Source: Eledone cirrhosa (Eukaryota). Taken from it: a DNA stretch of 64,000 nt. A model generated the notes under the pieces. That model was not told the origin of the DNA and did not search any database. It saw nothing but the letters and a program-made list of their open reading frames with translations. The DNA lies in assembly GCA_964016885.1 (NCBI GenBank), contig OZ024742.1, forward strand, positions 137,144,001-137,208,000, written 5' to 3'. Below, in pieces: positions 11,792-26,266 of the stretch. Within the stretch, counting starts at the first letter, position 1, and each line of letters begins with the position of its first letter. Both the position numbers and the translations under genes were made by a program.

Positions 11792-13778
11792 AGATGATGC
11801 ATGACATACTCTGACATAGTAGATGGTTAATATCCAGTCATGGTAGTTAGTAAGATATGACAAAACTCAATATTTATATACCTTAAGATTTAGACATGAA
11901 AAAACTTACATATAATACATATAATACAGAGGGTGCGTGTGAGAAAGCTTAAAAATACATAACAGCAATTTACATAACTGTTAGAGATTCAAATAATTTA
12001 AATTATTGAAGAAAAAGGAAAGAAAAAAGTAAGACAGAGAGAAAATAGATGAGGGTATAATATAGCTAGTAGAAGTATAGAGAGCAAAAGAGAATTGATC
12101 AAGGAAAGAGAGACAAAGAGGAATAATTTTTATAGTCTAAAATATAGGGTGTGATGAATTATATATATCTATACAGAACTATACATTTGGGCATAGCTTT
12201 GCGAAAGCGTAAACTCGTATCTTTGAATTATTGAATTTTCTAGAAGTATTCCTCAATCTAAACCTTAAATATAACTGGGTGTAATTATATGAAGGTTAAT
12301 TTCCAGTCCTTAGTTAATTAGTTATATATACTATCCAAACGTAATCGGTTAACCGTTAACTTTCAAATCATTTAAGTTAGTTCAGAGTAATGAATTAATC
12401 AAAGTGTATAATATTTCAGGCAATAAAAGTTTATAAATATCTGTATTAATATTAAAGTAGACTATCCTATTTAATTTATAAAATCATATTTCATGAAAGC
12501 ATATTTAAAGTATTTGCTAACATGAGAAAGAAGACTTAATATTTTCATCCTCACTAAGGTAATTCTTATTAAATGTTATCATATTATATTTAATTATTTA
12601 TATTATATTGAAAATAATTCACATTATATAATTTATAAAATAATTACAGTTATAATTTTAAAAATTAAGATTAACAATTAGAATGCCTTAAAGCATCTAA
12701 AGGCCTTATAATTAAACTTTAAAAAAGTTTATTATTAAATTAGATATATGCATTTGTCTAAATATAAACAAAGATTACATTGTTCAAAGATTAAGATGAT
12801 ACCTATCAGTTACATATAACATAATACAATACAATAAATAATATTGTTAAAAATTAAGGTTTTAGATCAATTATTATAATAGGATCATGTAATACATATA
12901 TACTATAAATATACAAGTCAAACTTCATGAATCATAAGGATAAGAACCAGATTCAAATTAAAAATTGAATTGTTTGCGATCTTACAAGTGCCCAATATCC
13001 AAGTTATCTAGTTTAAAAATACAAGAAATTTTTTTTGTAAATTTATATAGTAGTATATTGTGTCTGCAAACATGAGAACGAGAAAACCTAAGGATTTCAT
13101 TGACCCGAAGGTAACCCGAATTAAATTAAATTAAATTAAATAATAATCGTTCTATAATTTAGAAAATTTAGAAAATATTTAGAAAATATTTAACGATTAT
13201 AACACTAGAAAGTAATTAAAGTATCTAAAGTACTTATAAATGTAACTAGAAGCCTGTTATTATACTAGATATAAAGATTTGTTCAAATATATATACAGAG
13301 AGAGTATTCCAGATATTAGTGATCGATATACATATAATAAAAAATAATAAGTACAATCATTGTTAGTAATGTTATAATTGAAGTTTTACATCAAGTTAAG
13401 TGGAAAAAAGCTTTGTCGACTAGTATCGTGTGTGACGCATATACCATAAATATATATAAATACAAATATATAAATCAAACTTCCTGAAACGTAAAACATA
13501 CTCCAAATGAATAAATATACAAAAACATAAATGCATGAATGATTTACGGTTCATTATAACTGTTAAGCATATAAGCTTTATATTTAAAAAATGTACAAGA
13601 ATCCCAATCTAAATTAAATATATCTAAACAATCAAATGATATGCACATTCATCAAGAGATCATGTTAACCAGTAATATGTTTATATACCTATACAGGACC
13701 CTTTAATCTAACATTAATCATATCATAAATGAATAAAAAAATAAAAAATTATTAAAGTTTTATAATCTGTTAAACGTT

Positions 13779-14630
13779 TTAGGTACACAGTTCATAAGAG
13801 ACGTCAAAAATTAGAACCTGTTTATTTAGTGTTTTTTTCCTGACTTTTTGCGAGGCTTGGAATGTAGACAAAGCTTTATGAAGGCAGTTTGAGAATAATT
13901 CACTTTTTTTGTTAATTATATTTTCATAATTAGTAATTATTAATAGGGTCTCCATGGTACAGAGATTGCAGTTAGGTGATATTGAAGAATTCAAGTAAAT
14001 TCTACTATTACACAACTTCGTCCAAGAAATCGACTATTTTAAATTTTTGTCTTTTAATGACCATATAAGTTGTGATAAAAAGTCGAAGATTTTCTATTAG
14101 GATTCGAAAAAGAGCATTTGTGATTCGCAAATCTTGATTTAAATGTCGAAGAAGTTGCACCCATATAGTTGTATGTGATGTTATTTGCTTTTACGGTGCA
14201 TTTATAGACCAGATTGCTATCCAGACAATTAATTTGCAAAGGGCAATCTGGTCTATTTCTACAATTACATTTCGATTTATTGTTATTACTATAAATTGTA
14301 CTATTTACATTCACATTATTAGTACTCCGAAATGTTCTATTGATTGTGCTTATATTCCTAATATTGGTAGTGTTATTATATTCATTATCGTTAAATGTAT
14401 GTTGATTATGATTTAGAATTCTACTATTTATTTTAGCGATGTTCTGGGCCATATTCATAGTTGTAGAATAAGAAAGCTTAATTGTGTGTCTGTTAAATAT
14501 GGGACGGTATTTATGTTGAATGGGGAAGGATTTATCTAAAGCTTTAAAGAATAGATTTGCGAGTGGTGTTTTTATTGCTACAGAAGCCGGGGGGGGGGGG
14601 AACCATATAACTGATTTAGTTCTGATTTTT
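13779..14630 (-). pseudogene. PLE linker and GIY-YIG endonuclease, frameshifted
   Basis: VIWFPPP...IFNRHTIKLSYS, CNCRNRPDCPL...C, VYKCTV...YMGATSSTFKSRFANH, CNLCTME...INKKSELFSNCLH. Confidence 0.88.
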
Positions 14631-14744
14631 TCCCCGATTTATTCATGGTACTGGTGTTTGTATTATAATTTTTAGAATCTCGTATATGTATGTTAGTCTT
14701 ATTTTTAGCAGGATTATAATTCAAATTATTATTATCTATATATT

Positions 14745-15812
14745 CTATATTATTTTTATTTTTCGTAGCGCGTCATTATAATATCCTGCTTTTTCATAAA
14801 ATATGGATTTATTAGCGGATATTCTAGTTATGCGTTTCTGTACACTATTGACTATTGCGTTTTTCACTGATTTAGGGTGATTACAGTAATAGCTAACGTA
14901 GTTTAAGTTTTCATTGGGCTTATGAAAAGGGCAATATAAACCCGAGTTTAAGTTAAGGGTAACGTCAAAGAAATTAACTATTTTGGTACTACTTTCAACT
15001 TCTAATTTAAGGTCGTAATTTTTAAAGAATACAATAATAGTTTTCTTAACCCTATTTAGTTTTGTATTGCTATGTTTGATAACCGTAAATAAAATATCGC
15101 CCCTATATAAACCACCGGTAATCTCCGGTGGTTTTCTATTTATCATATTTAAGATAAAAATCCCCAGAAGATCTGTGACCTGCGCTGAGTCCGATGATCC
15201 CATGGTAATGTCAAAGTTTCTATTCCTATCTGAACGGGTCCAATACGCATTGTTGAAATTAATTAGAGTTCTTCTAGCAGTTAATATGATATAGATTTCA
15301 TCCGTAGTTAGATCTGTATGTTTGTAAGTATACGATAAAGCCTTATTTAATAGGTTAGGTGTAATAGAAGAATAATAGCTTGCTATGTCCATTTGGATGA
15401 ATTTGTGATTTTTCTTATAATCTACATTTTTAAACCAGTTAATCACTTCATTAGTGTCCTTCCATAAGCTCAATTTAGACTTCAATTTCAGAGTAGGTAG
15501 AATTCTATCAATAATATTTTTACTGATTACTCCAATATCCGATTTAGATGGAGCAATCAGTCTAACTGGCAGGCCTTCCTCAAAGTTTCTTTTGTGATCC
15601 TTAAAATTTATCCTCGGCTGTCTAGGTATAAAAGGCTCAGTTCTTCCTTCAATTCCAAATGTTGCTATTAATTTAAGTGCATCATTATTGATGTCTGTAA
15701 GATCTTCGGCCGAGGCTTTTCTATAATTTTTCCTTAGTTCTTTTAAAATCAAATCATTATATTCATCTTTATCTATCCCATATAAATTGTTGGTTTTGTC
15801 AGACTTCACCAA
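14745..15812 (-). pseudogene. PLE reverse transcriptase (resembles the Hydra clade of C-terminal-EN PLEs)
   Basis: KSDKTNN, FKDHKRNF, VRLIAPSKS, FIQMDIASYYSSI, FDITMGSSDSAQVTDLLG, GLYRGD (catalytic YRDD mutated), VNFFDVTLNL, SYYCNHP. Confidence 0.88.
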
Positions 15813-16394
15813 TATTTTTTATATACAAGATTTTTTCTTTAAGAGTTCTAATGTATTGGTGACCTATATATGGGTTTTTCCTGAAATTAATTTTCTTTAG
15901 TATATTGAGTATTCTGTTTCAAATTTCATATTACTATATATATATAGTAATAATAATAAATGTATACATAATAAATATATATATATATATTTGAAAAGAA
16001 GGAAAAGAATGACTTCACTTGTAGTTCTAAACAATTTGATTTAATTTTATAATATTATAATATTTTGAGTTGGTAGATCTAGTAGTTCCGCATCGAGGGT
16101 CCCCACATTTCTTAACGTGCATTGCTTCACTTATTAGACGTAAATACTGATTGGTAAGCATTTTTTTAGGTTGGGTGCATGGCGTCTACTATATATTATT
16201 TGTGCGTCTTTTATGAGCGCATTCATTTTAGGGGACTGCTGGAGAATCGGAAGATATTGTTTAGCGGCTTTCACAATGTTAAAGTTCCTTGGATTGTGAG
16301 TGATGACAATGTATGTATGTATATATATATCTAAGTGTGTTTGTGTTTCTATGCGTATTGTGTGTGCGTATCTGTTTCTGTTTGTTTATGATGT

Positions 16395-16532
16395 GTAACT
16401 TAGCGGTTCAGCAACAAGCGTTTATAGATTAGTATTTATTTAAAAAAATAAATACTAGTGCTAATATATTCGACTAAATTAGTGGCACAGCCTGGCCGTA
16501 GTCTTATGACTTAAACCAGTAAACGAATAAAC
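16395..16532 (+). mobile_element. Degraded SINE 3' part of another family
   Basis: aacttagcggttcagcaa...attcgactaa...cagcctggccgtagtcttatgacttaaaccagtaaa resembles an abundant octopus repeat (recalled, not searched). Confidence 0.4.
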
Positions 16533-17189
16533 AGTGAACAAGTATTGCTTATGTCTAAGATTTTAGTATGAACGTTCTCATGAGTAACAGACACGCCAAA
16601 TTGAAATATAATGTTATCGACTTCGATAAATCTTCGATTTTGGTCTCTATTGAAATTTTCGGAAAGGGTAGAATTCTAGTCTGCTGAGTCTGTTTCGATT
16701 ATGTCTTCAATTTCCTTCCATAGTCGAAATTCTTAGAAGCATAACATACGAATATATTCAGTCTCGGTGAGAATAACACTGTAGATATATAGTTTTAATG
16801 TATTATTTGACATTCATTTCTATTATGTTTAAACGAAAAGTATATATTTTGTGGTGTTTCCTTTAAGTGAATTCTAGTAAAGAATATATCATTTTCGCCT
16901 CGAATAGAATTGTTGATATTAGAGAATATCCGGTTGCGATTATACGATTGAAGTAGCATTAAACATTTCCACCAACTCCGAAAATATTTCTATATAATTT
17001 TCACTGTTATGTCTACCCAGTATTAGATGTCTATCCAGTGTTTATAGATTCCATTTGTACTAATTGACCATGTAATATCATCAGATTAGATTTGGTCAAA
17101 TGTTTTTAAGTACTTTGAAATATCAGACAAGTGAACGTCTTCTTATATTTTCTTTATACTTACAGTCATGTTGAGAATGTCGATGACAA

Positions 17190-17460
17190 TAATGATTGTG
17201 TGATGATTATGATTATGTTTATGTTAATTAATCTCATCGTAGTGGTGGTGGTAATGGTGGTGGTAGTCGACATCGTCGTCGTTGTCGTCATCACCATTAT
17301 TATTATCATCGTTATCATCATCACTACCACCATCATCATGGCCATCATCAATATCATCATCACAACCACCAACACTACCACAACCACCAATACAACAACT
17401 GCTACGAAGTTGACCACCACCACCACCACCATTATCATCATCACCATGAATGTCCTCATG
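17190..17460. repeat. Degenerate trinucleotide array (ATC/ACC/GTG)
   Basis: Direct reading. Confidence 0.85.
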
Positions 17461-17557
17461 ATCTTAATAAATGTAAGATAAACAGAAAATGAATACACAC
17501 ATTCTTGTTAGTATGTATACATACGTGTATATCACGTATATATCCTACACTTATTAA

Positions 17558-17752
17558 TTATAATTGTTTCTATTTTTGGCACAAGGCCAGCAATTAACCA
17601 GTACATTACTGGTACTTTATTTTATCGACCCCGTAAGGTTGAAAGGCAAAGTTAACCTCGACTGGATTTGAACTCAGATCACAAAGGGAGGTAACTCTAT
17701 GCTTCAAAGCATGGCGTCTGACCCCCCTACCGATACTGCCAATCGACATCCC
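17558..17752 (-). mobile_element. SINE S1
   Basis: Reverse complement of the S1 pattern, including the B box (ggatttgaactc) and head (cgatactgcca). Confidence 0.88.
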
Positions 17753-17764
17753 TTTTATTAATTA

Positions 17765-18474
17765 CTAGCAGTGGTACCCGGCGTTGCACGGGATAGGTAT
17801 TTTGGAACGCGAGCCGCCAACAGACCTAATCGTGGAAAAACTGCATGCCTGGGCAACATGTAAAAAAAATAAACCGAATACTCTGATGGCTGGATAATCT
17901 TTAAGATTTTCCTCGATGAAGCAGAAAAAATGCAGGTTTTCACCTAATGCGGAGCCTAGGGGATCAAGAAAATGAATTTTTTTATGTGCATAATATGCCT
18001 TGAAATTTCGGGAAAATCGGCTAGACGTAACGCCGCAAAATATTCCTAAAAAGCTTAAAAAATGAAGTTTTTCACCTAATGCGGGCTCTAGGCCATAAAA
18101 AAGTTGGATTTTCTTTGCTCAGAGTATGAAGAAGAGATTGACTAATAGATAGTTATAATTTCAAGTAAATCGGTCGGACGTAACGCCTCAAAAGACCCCT
18201 AAAAACTGAAAAAAATGCAGTTTTTCACCTAATGCGGGCACTAGGGGATCGCAAAGTTGATGTTTTTAATGTGCATAACGCTCCCTGAAACATAAGTAAT
18301 ACACATGTAGATTTTGAAAAAAATCGGTTGGGTACTTCTCGAGTTTTAGGGATTCAAACTCACAGACATACACACACAAACACACACAAACACACAAACA
18401 CACAAACACACACACACACACACATACACACACACACACACACACACAGACATCCTCAGTTTTATATAAATAGA
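17765..18474 (-). mobile_element. Non-autonomous Helitron
   Basis: Minus strand starts with TC (A|TCTATTTATATAAA) and ends CTAG|T. GC-rich hairpin cccggcgttgcacggg (17777-17792) just before the 3' end. No TSD. Three internal ~130-150-bp subrepeats (ttttcacctaatgcgg) and a (CA)n tract. Confidence 0.85.
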
Positions 18475-18992
18475 TAACGTTTATATCTTCATGTCTTATT
18501 ACTCCTCTTCTGGAATACTGACAAAAGTCACCCACTAACTTATCACATTTCCTTACCCTGACATAAGCATTATTAAGATGATCATGTGAATAATGTGTAA
18601 GTGCAATTAAAAAGCCGTGGTGTAAAATTAAGCTAGTAGTGTAACGTGATCAATGCCTCATTTGAATATATAGTATATTCCCAAGGGCAGACAAATTATG
18701 TGTTTATACATGTGCGTATGTATGTATGTATGTATATATATGTATGTATGTATGCATCTATGTATGTATATATATGTATGTATATATGTATGTTCTTCTG
18801 GTTTTATAATTTCGTAAAATTAAGCTAGTAGTGTAACGTGATCAATGCCTCATTTGAATATATAGTATATTCCCAAGGGCAGACAAATTATGTGTTTATA
18901 CATGTGCGTATGTATGTATGTATGTATATATATGTATGTATGCATCTATGTATGTATATATATGTATGTATATATGTATGTATATATGTATG

Positions 18993-20507
18993 TTCTTCTG
19001 GTTTTATAATTTCACAAATTTTTTCCGCAATAGAGAGAGAGAGAGTCGGTTTCTAACATAGATACACGACTCTCTTGGAATTTACACAACATCAACTAGG
19101 TAGATATGTATGTCTGCATGCATGCATGTGTAGATATGGATGTTATTGTATGTGTGGATGTGGATGTTTTGAGATGTATGCGTGCATGTATATATGCTTT
19201 GTATCTGTCCATGTGTATATGCAGTTATTAGAGGCAAAACCTTTGGAATATCTTACACATTTTTACTAGATTGTACTAGTAATTTCCTAACTAGTTGTGT
19301 TTTTTCTGTTCCTGTGAAGCCTAGCTTCTCAAGATTTGTATGGAGACAGTTACTAACATACCCCAGTTCCCCAATAGTCACAGGCATAAATCTGAAGGTG
19401 TAATCAGGGTGGAGTATCTGCAGATTTTCTCATCAGTTCTGCATAAATATTCTCCTTTTCGCTAATCTTTGATATTATATTGGCCTCTGCTGGGCAGCTA
19501 ATTTCCACTACTGTGCATGCTTTCTTCTCTCTGTCCCATATCATAATATCTGGTCTGTTATGCCTGCATTTTATTGGGGTTTTTAGTGGAATATTCTAGC
19601 GGTACTCTTTCATATTAAGTACATGAATGTCTTCCACATTGCTGTAGCTTTTAATGTGTTTATTATCAGCGCTATCTTTTTCACGGATTGCATTGTACAG
19701 CTACTGATGTCATGGATGATTACTTCGATGTTAGTTCTGCAGAGTCTGCACATGTTATCACATCTAGGTGTTTTGCCTGCATTCTTATCTCTTTTGAGAA
19801 TCAGGTATTTCGTGTAAATTTCCTGTTCTAGGTTTGCAAAAGCGCATCCTTCAAAGTGGGAGCCAATATAGCGGTTGTTGGTCCAAGATAGACTACTTTC
19901 CTTATCTATATTACTCACTCTGCAGCTTCTTGGCAACATATACATGCATGATTTTTTGCTGATAAGCATGCAGTTTTTCATCCATAAATTCACTGCGATA
20001 CTGTTGAGTGACTTGCCTGGGTGTGAGATTTTGGTTATCACGCAGGGAATATCTCTCGAGGAGTTCCTTCCCAACTCTCATGATCTTATCTGTTTCATGC
20101 AGATAGACTTGCTCGAGAGACGGGTTCCTACGCTTCGAGGTTCGTAGATGTTGTCGGAGGGATATGATGCGACATTCAAATGCTATCTGGACAGATGTTA
20201 GGCCTCTGCTTCCCTGCTTACGTTTCAAGAAAAGGCACTATATATCACTGTTGATGTAAAAGTTTCCGGTGTTGTTTAGTATTTTTCGAGTTCCAACTGC
20301 TCGGATTTCGTCTATCGTCCAATTGAGTATTCCAAACTTTGTTATTAGGACAGGCACAGCAAACACATTGTGAGCCACTGTTTTGTTTTGCGCAGAGAGT
20401 TCCGATGACCAAATCTTTCTTAATCGGCTGTAGTATTTCGTGGTTACGCGTTCCTTATTACAGATACCATTATGGGATATGTTCTCATCTATCCCCAGGT
20501 ATCTGTA
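18993..20507 (-). mobile_element. 5'-truncated R4/Dong-like non-LTR retrotransposon (RLE endonuclease), copy 1
   Basis: YRYLGIDE, RKQGSRGL, CRLCRTNIEVIIHDISSC, NRPDIMIWD. Both junctions lie in (TATG)n. Confidence 0.88.
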
Positions 20508-20571
20508 TGTATGTATGCATATATGTATGTAGGTATGCGTGTATGTATGTATGTATATATATATGTGTGTG

Positions 20572-20605
<34 letters not shown>

Positions 20606-20697
20606 TGTATGTATGTATGTATGTATGTATGTATGTATGTATGTATGTATGCATGTATGTATGTATGTATATATGTATGTAGGTATGTTTGTATGTA
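20508..20697. repeat. (TATG)n microsatellite
   Basis: Direct reading. Confidence 0.95.
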
Positions 20698-21031
20698 AAC
20701 GGAATATGTGCTGTACCTCATAGAATCAATTCTGTTTGTATTATGATTGAAGACTCTTTCTGTTCCATGGCAAAAGAATACCATCTTGTTAAGTTGTGTC
20801 ATTAGCAACATATCTAATAATAACTTCTCCCTTCAAATCATCAATATAGGAGGCTCTGCGAAATCTCGTGGAGATGGGCCTTCTTCCTCTCAATAAGCCC
20901 ATAGCCAACTATAAAGAAGGAAATTGTGCGAAAAGTGATGGTTCAGCATAAATGATATTTACAACAAAACGCATACGCATAGACACACAGACACTCATAT
21001 ACACCCCCTCCAGAACCACAAATACGTACAC

Positions 21032-21137
<106 letters not shown>

Positions 21138-21271
21138 GAGAGATAGATTTTATTTTTATATACCCATACATTTAGAAACTTATGAAATCTATATGAATCG
21201 GTATATTGCTTATGAACACTTATTCATTATACACACGCACGCATACACAAACCCCATATATATAAATATAA

Positions 21272-21331
<60 letters not shown>

Positions 21332-21384
21332 ATATATATATATGTATGTATATATACATGAATATATAAGTATGTATGTATATT

Positions 21385-21444
<60 letters not shown>

Positions 21445-21471
21445 TACATCATATAGAAATGACTTCTACAG

Positions 21472-21539
<68 letters not shown>

Positions 21540-22215
21540 ATGTGTGTGTATCTTAGAGACAGTGTTCTTTTTTCCATTTCCTTTCAATGACATACAAATT
21601 CCTTTGATGGAACAGAAAAAAATATATTTGTAAATGCGACTATAGAATGTAAAACACAGTCCCTTTTACTTTCCTCATATATGAAATAAAATATAGGATA
21701 CTATTATTTTCCGGTATATTTCGCTCTGTTCTATATCTGAAAAGAATTCATATAAGTAATACAACATACTAAAATCTGTTGCTAAGAAGACGTCATTTAG
21801 GTATGAGAGCTTTGGTGTGGCTATCAAAAGGAATAGAATTGACCGAACAATATAGTGTATTTGTAGGATTCTTTGCTTTTATTGAAGTTGTAGTGGTGGT
21901 ATAAAAATGTTGATAGTGAAAGTATTTTGGATAGAGATGTAGTCACACTTGATTATATTGTTGGTGGTTGTGTTAGTAAATTGGTAGTGGTAGGAGAGCT
22001 TCGTATTGTTAATTAGTTTACAGTGAAGATGAATAAAGTAGGGAAGAAAACTTCAATGTGCCAAATTGAAAAAATGTAAGTATATGCACATACACACACA
22101 CATATACACACAGACATATACCACAACGACGCCCCCCCCCCCACACACAGGCACATATGTATGTGTATCTTTATCTAGATATATCTACCCGTATATATAT
22201 ATATCATGTGTATAT

Positions 22216-22282
<67 letters not shown>

Positions 22283-22288
<6 letters not shown>

Positions 22289-23146
22289 TAAATTTAGTCC
22301 TTCATCTGTGATCTTGAAACCTTCATTGGTATTTCATCGCTTTAAAGACCATATACCTCCGGTTGGTGCGAGCAACGGCTAAAGAATGTCGTTGGGACAC
22401 GTAAATAGGGGGACCGAGTGAGACTGTAAACAATCAAAGATGGTAATGCAACGAAATGTGAGGAAGAAGGAGTCAAGTCCCTGAAATCGATGAACATAAG
22501 TTCTGTGAAATCGTGGACGAGAGAGAATAAAGACCATCAAACCTGGTCGAAATGTGAGTAGGGAAAGAATTTCGCCCAGGTCAAACGGGACGAAGATGGA
22601 GTCAAGTCCCTGAAATCGATTAACATAAGTTCTGTGAGAGAGAATAAAGACGAGAGAGAATAAAGACGAGAGAGAATAAAGACGAGAGAGAATAAAGACG
22701 AGAGAGAATAAAGACGAGAGAGAATAAAGACCATACGACCTGCTCGAAGTGTGCGTGAGGAAAGAATCTCGCACAGGTCAAACAGGAGGAAGTAGGAGAG
22801 AGAGTAACAGAGTGAGTGAAAATGTGAGAAAGAGGCTAACAGAGAGAGTGATTGTTAGAGGGGGTAAAAGGAAGTAAGTGATACAGAGAAAAGGACAAGC
22901 AGTAAGAAAGAAACAGACGGGTCATAGCGGAAAAAAATATATATGGATATGGAAACATGGCGTGCTGCGTGGTTGCAAATGGGTTACATATGAATAAATT
23001 TAGTCCTTCATCAGTGATCTTCCAGCCTTCATTGGTATTTCATCGCTTTAAAGACCACATACATCCGGTTGATGCGAGCAACGTCTAAAGAAAGTCGTTG
23101 GGACACGTAAATAGGGGGGATAAGCGAGACAGTAAACAATCAAAGA
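22283..23146. mobile_element. Non-coding element (family D) with ~160-bp terminal direct repeats, inserted in (TA)n
   Basis: 22283-22441 matches 22989-23146 (period 706). Internal ~130-bp duplication and six copies of GAGAGAGAATAAAGAC (22636-22731). Confidence 0.75.
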
Positions 23147-23190
23147 TATATATTTATATATAGATAGATATATTCGAGAGAATGAAACAG

Positions 23191-23270
<80 letters not shown>

Positions 23271-23439
23271 ATTATATATATAATTTGTTGATTGCTTTAT
23301 ATTAGTTATAAAAATATTTGCTTGTTGTATCCCAACAAATTAAATATAACTTCTACACATATATATATATATTATATATATATATAACAATGATTTTTGT
23401 GCAAGTTGTACTAGGTCAGAAAAAATATGAAGGGAAATA

Positions 23440-23960
23440 GGAAAGCAGTTGAATTAGCGAAGTAGAGAGCACAAAGGAAAATAATAAATATAGCTGAAAC
23501 TCCAACTCTATCGCAACTGAAATCGTCTAGAAAAAAGTATAATCAGCCAAGGGTGGAAAATGTTCTGGAGAAATCTTGAAATATGTTCTCAAATTGCAAT
23601 CCTCCACTGCTTCAACTCGACCTGTCAACATTTAAAACATATTAGACACTGAAACATATACATAAACAAAGAATCTGCTGTCTTTGAACGGGCCATTACA
23701 TACTGCTCGTAGATAATCACCTCTATGTTCGTGTGTATACTTCCCAGAAGATCTTTGGTAATATTTCTTCCAATGCAGAAGCTATCAGTCTGAGAGAAAG
23801 GATATCTCGTAGCTAATCATTAAAAAACTACCAAGATTGAAGATACAATATATCTTTCAGTAAATGGAGGCTACGCAAATAGTGAACAACAGAAACGCTT
23901 TAGCTGCTATGTAGGGTTCCCTGTTTGTTTCACATTTTTTATCTAATTTATGCTTCTTTT
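23440..23960 (+). mobile_element. Degraded LINE 3' fragment (CR1/L2/Jockey-like C-terminal Cys motif)
   Basis: Translates SPLCSCVYFPEDLW*YFFQCRSYQSER. Confidence 0.35.
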
Positions 23961-24091
23961 ACCTCCCATTGGCTTCCTATTTTTATTTCTCTATCTGTTT
24001 TGATTTTGTGTTGTAGCTTTAAGTCATACGAAATACATCCAGTCTGTCGTCTATTACCATCTCTCTTTCTCTCCCGTTCTCATACACACAG

Positions 24092-24148
<57 letters not shown>

Positions 24149-24621
24149 TTCTCTCTCCCTCTATCTCTCTGTATATATTTATATATATATATGAGAGAGA
24201 GAAAGAATGAGAGCGACTGATAGATTGATATACCCATTTATTAAAATACCTCATTCTAAACGGTACTAGATCTCTTAAACTCAATCTCCTTTTAACTCTA
24301 TCTTATTTCTTCCCCACATCTCTCTCTTCTTCATTCTCACACACATTTTTTATGCTTTTTATTTTGCCAATATAAAATAATAATCAATAAATTTGCAAAC
24401 TTTATGACGTTACAAACTTTTAACTTAATTGATAATTGACACCTTTACGTTCACTGGGTTTTTTTCTCCTCTAATACTTAAACATTGCTTTGCGATTCTT
24501 AAAACGTGTGTTTTTGGTTTGATTATGGTGTGATTGTTCTTTTGTTTACGACACACACATGCATATACAGACAAATATTCACAGAAACACACACACACAC
24601 GCACATACATACGCACACACA

Positions 24622-24669
<48 letters not shown>

Positions 24670-25110
24670 ACCACTTTTTATGGTTAATGCTTTGTTTATG
24701 CTTTTTTATATGAATGTGCATATGTGTGTTTGTGCGTGTATGTGAGTGTGGTTGAGTGTGGTTGAGTGTGGTTGAGTGAGGTTAAGTGTGTGTAAGTGAA
24801 AAGTTATAAATTTGCTTATATATATATATATTTATATGTGTGTATTTGTTTATTAAAGTTATTGATTTACACAGTTTCTTCCTTACATACGGGTGTTTAT
24901 TTATACAATTGTTATTTTCTTTTCTTTATTTAGTTAGTCATCTATTTTAATTATTCCGGGTTTTTTGGATATAACTCTTGCACTGTAAGATGATTTTTAA
25001 TGAGATTTTCTCCAAATAGGAATAGGAAAAACCCTTACTTCACCTTCTCGCCCTATGTTATTTTAAGTATTTATCGATTAATTTCGTGGAATTATGGGCA
25101 TATACTCACA

Positions 25111-25238
<128 letters not shown>

Positions 25239-25285
25239 ATGCATGTACATATATATTTAAATGTTTCTATTTATCTCTCTCTCTC

Positions 25286-25373
<88 letters not shown>

Positions 25374-25833
25374 ATATATATGCATTATAATTTTCTCATA
25401 CATTTTATATATTTGGTTATCAATTCATTTTTTATCTTCATTATTCTTTTTTTGTTTTGAAGAAAAAGGTCTTTTTTTTAACTCTCTTGCTGTCAAGTTT
25501 GTGCTTGTCGATATTTTGACACTACCGCTAAATGTATTATTTCAATATTTTTTTAGTTTTTAGTTCACTTCCCTGATACTGTTGCTGTTGCCACTATTTC
25601 TGTTTATGCATTAACCAAGTGGGGTTGACATCAAGTAGGTTGGTGTTGTTGTTAATGAAAAGCTGCAAAGATACAATAATAACAATACAGAAAATACATT
25701 GAAATAAATTCAAATAAAATGTTACTCCCTTCCAGAAGAGCGCTGCCAACACATTGCGTCTTTCCCCCGATAACGGTTTTAGGAACTTTAAATAAAGGTT
25801 ACCAAGTGCATCATGTCGGTTAGAGGATAATAT

Positions 25834-25950
<117 letters not shown>

Positions 25951-26106
25951 TTTGGATTTTAGTCTTCAAATTTATTATTATTACTATATGTATATATATA
26001 CATTTTATTAAAATAACATATATGATATGACTAGCAGATATTCACAGAAGCCTATAGTTGTTTTGCTTTCTTCTAAAAAACGGATCATTTTCCGGCTGGG
26101 TATGAT

Positions 26107-26266
26107 TAAATATTTGCTCTACGATTCTTGTATATTTGATATATATTTATCCTTATCGAGCCCTCTTTGGATTTTAGTCTTCAAATTTATTATTATTACA
26201 GTTTCAGAATATCCCGTTAAGGGTGAAAGCAGCGATTCTTTGTTTAAACTTTAATCTGTTATTTTA

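Noticed and set aside
13779-15812. Assignment of the PLE to the Naiad/Chlamys (selenoprotein-coding) group
   Set aside because: Those elements have an N-terminal endonuclease; here the GIY-YIG is C-terminal to the RT
22477-22518. gtcc-CTGAAATcgat-gaacataagttc-tgt-GAAA-tcgt-ggac hammerhead-like arrangement in family D
   Set aside because: Core spacing and sequence do not fit CUGANGA/GAAA/UH, and the duplicate copy lacks the 3' half
22636-22731. Six 16-bp repeats that superficially resemble a CRISPR array
   Set aside because: No spacers; a head-to-tail minisatellite in eukaryotic DNA
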